64,000 nt of DNA from the human T2T-CHM13v2.0 reference genome, Homo sapiens. Every line of letters begins with the position of its first letter. Position 1 is the first letter of the stretch. The notes below the pieces were generated by a model, which was not told the DNA's origin, did not search any database, and worked only from the letters and a program-made list of their open reading frames with translations. The position numbers were made by a program, and so were the translations under genes. Shown piece after piece: positions 54,256 to 64,000 of this stretch. The stretch lies in the NCBI RefSeq assembly GCF_009914755.1, contig NC_060927.1; one strand, given 5' to 3'.

Positions 54256-55959
54256 CATTTTTAAAATAATCTGCAGACAAATATAAGGTATACAAATACC
54301 TTTGGAACATTACCTAAAATTACTAAGAGTAAAGAAAAGACTGAACAGAACAAATATACACATCTTAAAATTTGTAAGATATATTAAAGTCAGGTGACCT
54401 ACAGCTTGAATTTTTGAAAACTTTAAATAACGTGAGTACAAGAGTCTTATCGTTTCTCAAGTTAACAGGATGCTGCATTACAAAGTATTCTACTAGCTGA
54501 GGAAGATGTTATATAAACTTTGGGATAGCTGATGGTTTCTTAACTAGCCAGTGTACCGTTTCTCTATCTAACTTTATGGTTCTCAACAACCCATGAAGTA
54601 ATACTTAAAACTTTTTAAGTAAAGCATTAATTGTTTTTAAAGCATTTTATGGAGGCAGTGCCTTATTGTCACAGAGAAGAAAAATTATAAGTTCTGTTAA
54701 TCCTGCAAAGTTTGAAAGCACCAGAGATCAGTAACTACTCTGCCTTCTAAATTTTATCACTTTCTTTTCAAGCTGTGCCTTCATCAGATGTCTGCCTCTA
54801 GGGATGAAAGATTACAACACCCAATTTTAAAAAAAGAATAGACTGAATAAAGGTATTTTAATAACTGCACCTCGTAATGATCTTACTGGTTGTTGTTTGC
54901 TGTGTTGCTTATTTTTAAAATAGTTCATGAGGTCGAAATTTTAAAGTAAATTATTAATGAACTCAATGCAAAAAGGAAAGGTCTGGTAACGGGACATCAC
55001 ATTTATCAGCCTAAATCAAAGTGTCATTTTCTCTGTTGTTTATCATGTGAATTAGATGTTGAAAAAGCCTTCCAAAGTCCAGAAATTGTTTTCTCTTCCC
55101 TGTACAGCGTTTTTGGGAATGCATTTGGAGAATCCACATACTACTAAAAAAATAAAATAAAATCACAGGATTAGTAAGGCCAAAAACATTAAATTGGAAA
55201 AAATCAAGCAGGACCATGCTATTGTGAAGCTAATAAAAAAAATTTTTTTCATCTCTACCATCACAAAAACACAAAAGTAAAGATAGCAAAATGTTCTGTA
55301 CATTTCTGCATGGAGAAAGTCCCAAATTATCACAGGGCAGTCATTTCCTAACCCTATTCTCCCACCAGCACCCTCTCTTCTCTCTACAGGAATCAATGCC
55401 CCAATCTAATTCATGTTGCTGTCAGATATTATATCCCTGAGTTTTGCTGTCCAAGAGAAGAATTGTGTAGCCAAGGGAAAATGAGGCAAACTTCATAAAA
55501 GAAAGGATGTTGAATGAAAACCCTAAGCATACCTAAGACCTAAACTCACTGATTCAGTCACAAAATGAGCTTAAGGGAAAAGGGAAATTTATAAAAAGCA
55601 TACGGGGTTATCTGTTGAAACTGAAGGTCAAAATATGCATCTGGGCTTTGTGAGACACTAGAACCAAGAACAGGAAAGTCAGCAGAAGCCAACACACCTG
55701 CTATTTTCAACTTTTTGCTCTCTCAGGGAAGCAAGATCTAAAATCTATTTCTCTCTACAGATTGGCTTCATTCTTTAATTTCGATATGGACTCACTTACA
55801 AATGGACCACCTGACTACTGTCATCACAAGTTCCCCGGGGAAGAGAACCTAATTAGAAGAGACAAGCTCTCTAGAGGAGATTGTCTCTCTGTCCAGTGAG
55901 TGTTGGTCATTTGTGTTATGGAAATAGTGCACAATGAGGGTCATGACAATAGTCTACAC

Positions 55960-56333
55960 CAAGGAATGGTAAATTTTTCTCTGTAAAGGGGCTGATATGG
56001 ATCCGGTGGGAGGTAATTGAATCATTGGGGCATGTCTTTGCTGTGCTGTTCTCATGATAGTGAATAAGTCTCACGAAACATGATGGTTTTAAAAAGAGGA
56101 GTTTCCTTGAACAAGCTCTCTTTGCCTGTTACCATCCATATAAGATGTGACTGGTTTCTCCTTGCCTTCTGCCATGATTGTGAGGCTTCTCCAGCTACAT
56201 GGAACTGTGAGTCCTCCATTTAACCTCTTTCCTTTGTAAATTGCCAATTTGTAAATTGTGCGAATAAATCTTTATTTACAAAAATAGGGATGGGGCAGGA
56301 TTGGTTCCTCATGCTGTCATTTGCTGACCCCTA
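55960..56333. mobile_element. MER58A hAT MITE interrupted by a THE1 fragment
   Basis: caaggaatggtaaatttttctctgtaaagggg ... tttatttacaaaaatagg...atttgctgaccccta; 8-bp TSD gtctacac (55952-55959) / gtctacaa (56334-56341). Confidence 0.8.
55993..56246 (+). mobile_element. THE1B-like solo LTR, internally deleted and 3'-truncated
   Basis: tgatatgg start, then gtgggaggtaattgaatcat...ctcatgatagtgaataagtctcacga...gccatgattgtgaggc. Confidence 0.9.
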
Positions 56334-59112
56334 GTCTACAACTACACTATGAGCAGAAAAGACTATTTAACAAAGGGGTGAGGCAAGTTGGAGGGGGTAA
56401 TCATCTCCAGTATTCTCACCAAGCACTGAATATTGGAAGCAGAGGCCTTTCATGTATGGGGAAACCTAAAGCATGACTGCAAGTGATAAAGCATTCACAT
56501 CATGTTCAGAGAACAGTTCTCATTCTATCAACAGAATTTCACCCTCAGGAACATGCCTGCCTTCCCTCAGGATAAGTAGGGAAGGGAGAGCTCAGAAAAA
56601 AGAGGACAGTTCAGCCAACTGAGTTGGAATAGAGAGATTCATAACATTGTAGGGAGGGCAGGTTTTCAGAAATATATGCCTAATGATCTCATATCTAGTT
56701 ATAGCCCTGCTGGGAATTGTACATTGTAGGGAACACGGTAGAGCAATGCACAAGGTGAAGTTGGAAACAAGGCAGTAGGCAATTTTAAAGTCCCATTTTG
56801 AGCTAGGAAGAAAAAGGGGATATAAATATTGCATGAAGTAGTGTCTTAAAATCCTATTCTATCCATTTCAGCAAACTAGATACTCAGTGTTTAATAGCAC
56901 CTGAAGCCAGCTATAATAAGGATGAAGGAAAGATATGTGCACCAGTGGAGTAGCCACCTCAACAGCACCGATAATACCAAGAGCTAAAAGGTCGTGTTTG
57001 TTTAATGCTTTCCATAAGCAACTGGTCTGACCAAAAGAATTCTGCAGGAATGATTAAGCTTTCTTTAGCGCTTATTGTAGCCTAGATATGGTCAGCAAGA
57101 CCGAGCTCTGCAATCAGTAGAACGGGACAATCACAGATAGGTTTCAGTGACCTCTCTTGGCAGCAATTTTCCTCTCTGCCCTCACTGGCTTCAATAGATT
57201 CCCTGGTTTGCAGTTATTACCTTGGCAGGACTGTTCTGCCCCTCTCTGTCATGTAAGATAGCCTGGGATAAAAAGGGAGATGGCAACAACTGAAGCAGGT
57301 GGATACTAGAGGGGTTATTAAAATACTGAGTACTTGATATTTTAAAATAAAAAATTAAAAGCAAATGGTTTCCAAATACCTGCCAACCTTGGAGATATTG
57401 GGGATTTGTTTCGAGACTAATGCAATAAAGCAAATATCAAAATAAAGCAAGTCACATTAATTTTTAGTTTTTCAGTGCATATAATAGTTATGTTTCTCTA
57501 TATAGTATATATATATAAAATGAATATACAATAGTCTTTTAAGTATGCAACGGTATTATGTATAAAAAACAATGTCCATACCTTAATTAAAAACACTTTA
57601 TTGCTAAAATATGCTAACAATCATCTGAGCCTTCAGCAAGGCATAATCTTTTTGCTAGCAAATGGTCTTGCTCGATGTTGACAGCTGCTGACTGATCAGG
57701 GTGGTGGTTGCTGAAGGCTGGGGTGATTGTGACAATTTCTTAAGATAAAACAACAATGAAATTTGCTACATTGACTGACTCTTCCTATCATGAAAGATTT
57801 CTCTGCAGCATACAGGGCTATTTGACAGCGTTTTATGCACAGCAGAACTTTTGCAACTGGATTCAATCTTCTCAAAACGTGTTGCTGCTTTATCAAGTGA
57901 GTTTATGAACTATTATAAATCCTTTGCTGTCATTTCAACAATATTCACAGCATCCTTACTAGGAATAGATTTATTCTGAAGAAACCACTTTCTTTTCTCA
58001 TCCATAAGAAACAACTCCCCCCATTCATTCAAGTTTGATCATGACATTACAACAACCCAGTCACATCTTTGGGCTCCACTTCTAATTCTAATTCTCTTGC
58101 TATTTTCATCACATTGGCACTTACTTTCTTCTCTGAAGTCTTGAACCCCCTAACGTCATCCATCAGGGTTGGAATCAACTTCTTCCAAACTCCAATTAAT
58201 ATTGATATTTTGACCTCCTCTCATGAATCAAAAATATCCTAATAGCATCTAGAATGGTGAATCCTTTCCAGATGGTTTTTAATTTACTTTGCTTAAATCC
58301 ATCAGAGGAATTACTATCTATGGCTGCTATAGTGTTAACAAAGGTATTTCTTGAATAATAAGACTTGAAAGACAAAATTACTCCTTAATCCATGGGCTAC
58401 AGAGTGAATGTGCTGTTAGCAGGCATGAAAACAAGAGTAATCTTCTGTGCATCACAATCAGAGCTTTTGAGTGACTAGGTGCATTGTCAATGAGCAGTAA
58501 TATTTTGAAAAGAATCTTTTTTCTGAGTAGTGTATCTCAACTGGGGACTTAAAATATTCAGTACACCACACTATGAAGAGATGTGCTCTCGCCAAGGTTT
58601 GTTCCATTTATAGAGCAAAGGTGGAGTAGATTTAGCATAATTCTTCAAAGCTCTAGGATTTTAGGAATGGTAAATGAACACTGGCTTTTAAAGTCACTAG
58701 TTGTGTTAGCCCCTCACAAGAAAGTCAGCCTGTCCCTTTGATGCTTTGAAGCTGGTCATTACTTTCTCCTCTCTAAGCTATGAAAGTCCTACATGGCATC
58801 TTCTTGCAATAGAAGGCTGCTCCAAACTTTTCTTCTGCAACTTCCTCACCTCTCTCAGTCTTCGTGGAACTGAAGTGAGTTAAGGCCTTGCTCTGCACTA
58901 GGCTTTGGCTTAATGAAATGTTGTGGCTGGTTTGATGTTCTGTCCAGACCACTAAAAACATTTTTCATATCAGCAATAAGCCTGTTTCACTTCCTTATTT
59001 ATGTGTTCACTGGAGTAACACTTTTAACTTCCTTCAAGAACTCTTCCTTTGCATTCACAATTTTGCTAACTAATTGGTGCAATAGGCCTAGCTTTTAGCC
59101 TATCTCAGCTTT

Positions 59113-59387
59113 GTTTTTTTTTTTTCTTTTCTTCCAGCCTGTGTTGCCCAGGCTGGAGTGCTGTGCAGCCTCAAATTTCTGGGCTCAAGCAATCCCCCCA
59201 CCTCACTCTCCAGAGTAGCTGGGACTATAGGCACACACCACCACACCCAGCTAAATTTTTTATTTTTTAACAAAGACTGAGTCTCACTACTTTGCTCAGG
59301 CTGGTCTCAAACTCCTGGTCTCAAGCAATCCTACCACCTCAGCTTCTCACAGTGCTGGGATTTTAGGCATTAACCACCATACTGGGC
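59113..59387 (-). mobile_element. AluJ inside Tigger1
   Basis: TSD cctatctcagcttt at 59099-59112 and 59388-59401. Confidence 0.93.
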
Positions 59388-59460
59388 CCTATCTCAGCTT
59401 TTGACATGCCTTCCTCACTAAGCTTAATCATTCTGGCTTTTGATTAAAAGTCTGTTGTGT

Positions 59461-60019
<559 letters not shown>

Positions 60020-60143
60020 TCATAGATCACCATAAAAGTATAATAATAACAAAAAGGTTTGAAATATTGTGAGAAATATCAAAATGTGACACAGATATAC
60101 GAAGCACATGAAGTGAGCATGTGCTATTAAAAAAATGGTGCCA

Positions 60144-60498
<355 letters not shown>

Positions 60499-60569
60499 TT
60501 AAAAAAAAGAATTAACTTAATATCTGTGGAATACAATAAAATGAGATGTACCTGTGTATTTTCCACGGT

Positions 60570-60800
60570 TTGGAGGCAATATAGCACAATGGCCAAAAGC
60601 AAGCCCAGGGTTTATGTCTTAGAACTAGCCAGCTATAGGATTCTGAGTTACTAATCCTCTCTCAGACATAGGTTCTTTTTTTGAAAAATGGAAAGAAGAG
60701 TAATTCTACCTCCTAGAATTACTGCATCGCTTAAATGAGATTAAATACGTAAAAAGCTGAACTTAACATCCTTGTGCTTACCACAAATGTTAGTTATATT
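60570..60800 (+). mobile_element. MIR
   Basis: ggaggcaatatagcacaatggcc...aaaatgga...taattctacctcctag...ttaaatgaga. Confidence 0.6.
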
Positions 60801-62475
60801 ATATATTTTATACTATATTAACAAAAATTTTAAACTACCTAGCTAGAGAGAAGTCAAAGAAATATTAAACCATCACTGTGATATGTATGAGAAAATTAGG
60901 GCTCAGAAATGTTGAGGGGCATTTTATTACTCTTTGAGCCAGTATATACAAAACTCCAGAGTCTTGGCTACTTCTTTGAGAAGGTTAATGGTACCGACTA
61001 GCTTCATTTGTCATTGCCTTACATGCCCTCTTATATGTAGTAAGTTTCATTTTACTCTGCTATGGGATTCCTTTGGAGCTAGAGAACAGGCATCCAATTA
61101 CTCATTCATTGTTCAGCAAGTATGTCCTCTATCACAGCATCCTACATTACTATGTCATGCACTTGAGATATAATCATGGCAGAAATCTGGCCCTGTTTCC
61201 CAGGGAATTATTATCTAATCCATAGGTGTGTCCTATTGCAGAGTGCCTTGAGGCTCATCTGTATACTGGGAAAAACTTTATTGCAAAGGTTTAGTAGGTA
61301 TGACATTTCAGACTGTAAACTCACAAAGGAACAAATGGAGTTAATTTTATTTTTCTATAAATGAATTTAGTTCGTATCTAGAGGCCGCATTCTGTCCAGT
61401 AGTAGAAAAGGTAATCCTGGTTAGTTTGGAGTTCACTCCATAACATCCCAGAGTCTTCTCTATTTTTTTCCCATGAAGTTTCATCTGCATTCCTCAGGCT
61501 TCATAACACCAAGCTATTTGGTTATCTGGTCCCAGGGAGCTGTCTGTCCACTCTGGCATTCAACGAAAGATGTATCACATTGTCTCTTCCATCATCACTA
61601 TCCCCTTAGGCCAGCAACTGCAGGATTATTCACATTTCCCCTGATATCTAGCTGAATAGCCTACCCATCATCCTTCCCCCGAGACCTTATCAAGTCTACC
61701 AGTTTGCCTTCTCAGCTATCCATTTTCACCCTTCTCAGATTTACAGAAAATATTGCTTATACACTCTGAGGCTATCTTAGGCTTTCTCTGTTCAAGACCT
61801 CTTGAACTATCTTTTATGGAGATTCCACATCATGTTAAAGCAAGAAAATCTTCAAGGCTGTCACACCCAGAGTCCCAAGTTAAGTGAGTACAGGTCTCCT
61901 TTACTCTCATATCCCTGAATCTATGTGGAAATTCTATTGCTTTCACAACCCAAGGAGGCAGAGGTAGGTTCTCCTTTCAGACATCCATACCAGCAATTTC
62001 TTCTATTGCTTTTTCTCCTCAGTTTTAATATATTACTGTCTTCTAGAATTCTTCACTTCTTTCCCAGATAATAAAATTTTTATCTGTTTCTAATTTAGAA
62101 AAAATTTGGAATGAGAAACTATTCTTCCAATTCTATTGTTTTATTCAAGGTCCTTAGTTTCTGAAGTATAAAAGTCAATTGATAAATGATGGTTCTTTTT
62201 ATTTTATCTACTTATAAAGTTTATGAGTTATGTCTAGCTACCTCAGTGAAAAAGTATTATGGGGCAAAATAAATTTCCAAGGGTGAAAGCATAACAACAT
62301 CTTATTCTGCTACAGTGTTAAGAGTCAGAGTCCTCTTTGAAGGAATGGAGCCTCCTTTGTGGAATTTGTGAGAATTCTGCAGTAACCAAAGCTGGGTCCA
62401 TGTCTTCATGTCAAGATAATGATGGGATGTTTTCTTAACACTTAGCTACATCTTGAGTCCTATCTCCATATCAAC

Positions 62476-62903
62476 TTTTATGGGTAGAATTGTGCCCCAC
62501 TCCCCCCAAAATATGTTGAAGTCCTTACCCCTGGAACTTGTGGATATAATTGCATTTGGAAATAGGGTCTTTGCAGATATAATCAACTTAGGATGAGGTT
62601 ATTAGGGTAAGCCCTAATTCAAAATGGCTGGTGTCCTTATAAGAAGAGGAGAATGGACACAGCAATACAGACACACCTAGGGAGAATACCACATAATAAA
62701 TGAAAGCAGAGATCAACACACAGCAGCAGCAAGCCTTGAAATGCCAAGGACTAACAGCCACCACCAGAAGCTAGGAAGGATTTTCCCCTAGAGCCTTTGG
62801 AGAGAGGATGGCCCTGCAGACATGCTGATTTCAAACTAACTTCTAGAACTGTAAGATAATAAATTTTTGTTAAGTCATAGGGTTTGTGTTATTTTGTAGT
62901 AGC
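62476..62903 (+). mobile_element. MLT1B/C MaLR solo LTR
   Basis: atttggaaatagggtctttgcagatataatcaa...ggtgtccttataagaagagg...gcaaccctaggaaactaataca. Confidence 0.9.
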
Positions 62904-63234
62904 AACCCTAGGAAACTAATACACCTAAGCTCAGCCCCTCAAGAGTTGCTCATTTGGAAGAATATGATATTCAAATAGTTTGGCTTATACCCTCTAAGGT
63001 CTCCTAACATCAATTTCCAGAAAACTAAAGAAAGCCCCACAAGCTGATTGTAATGAACCTCTCCTCAGGATCTGATTACCTGAGTCTTAAGGAGCCTAAA
63101 GAACATAAGAGCTAAGACAGAGCCGACTCTAGAATATAGTTGGAGTTTCTTTGAGTAGCCACAGTTTTTAATCCCTGTGAAAAGGTAGGGAGAGTCTGAC
63201 CTCGAGGCACAGCCATGGGCCTTCTTTCCTTCAT

Positions 63235-63700
63235 GTTTTAAATGTTCTACCTAGGTAATATCATACAGTCTTACGAAGTTAAGTGTTATCTGTATGCTAA
63301 TGGATTCCAAATATATTGTTCAGTGTATGGCCTCTGCAATAAGGCCAGACTTCTACATCCAACTTTCTGCTTGACATTTCCATTTGATTGCTGCCCTGCA
63401 ACGCAAATGTTACATTACTAAATCAGAAATCTTGATCCACAGATACTCTCTCTACCAAAGCTCTGCGTATTTTAATATTCCCCATCTCAGTAAATGACAC
63501 CTTCATCCATTCATTTGATTGGTCCTAAAACACAAGTGTATCCCTAGATACCATCCATAAGTAATTCCTGTCAATTATATTTCCAAAATATATCCTCCTC
63601 AATAATTACCACCCTTCCCTATGACACTATAATCTATTGCCTAGACTTCTACAATAACGTCTTTAGACCTTACGGTCCATTTTCTTCTCGGTCATCAGAA
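63235..63700 (+). mobile_element. L2 fragment
   Basis: ccagacttctacatccaactttctgcttgacatttccatttg...cccatctcagtaaatgacacc. Confidence 0.75.
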
Positions 63701-63708
63701 TTTTTTAA

Positions 63709-64000
<292 letters not shown>

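Noticed and set aside
58773-58961. Possible domesticated TIGD-like transposase
   Set aside because: Short remnant with an internal deletion and three Alu interruptions in the element.

Overview
AT-rich, repeat-dense primate genomic DNA, very probably human because an Alu with all AluYa5 diagnostic bases sits at the right edge. It reads as intronic or intergenic. I found no intact protein-coding gene, CpG island, CRISPR array or prokaryotic feature. The two recognisable gene-derived elements are retrocopies: a full-length, disabled processed pseudogene of RPSA (40S ribosomal protein SA / 37-kDa laminin receptor precursor) on the minus strand at ~4382-5406, and a Y3 RNA (RNY3) pseudogene at ~49448-49590. 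The rest is layered transposon debris: about 14 Alus, L1 fragments including a ~8.3 kb nested L1MA block, a complete THE1 MaLR element, solo ERV1/MaLR LTRs, Tigger1/Tigger2, hAT MERs, MIR and L2. Family and subfamily names come from recalled consensus sequences, not from a database search, and boundaries of old elements are approximate. I see no evidence of a wholly new biological system. The most interesting leads are a ~1.07 kb captured segment splitting an MLT1 LTR, a non-tandem ~155-bp duplication, a hairpin/duplication scar, a splice-acceptor-like site at the pseudogene 5' end, a perfect DR4 element, and the young AluYa5.
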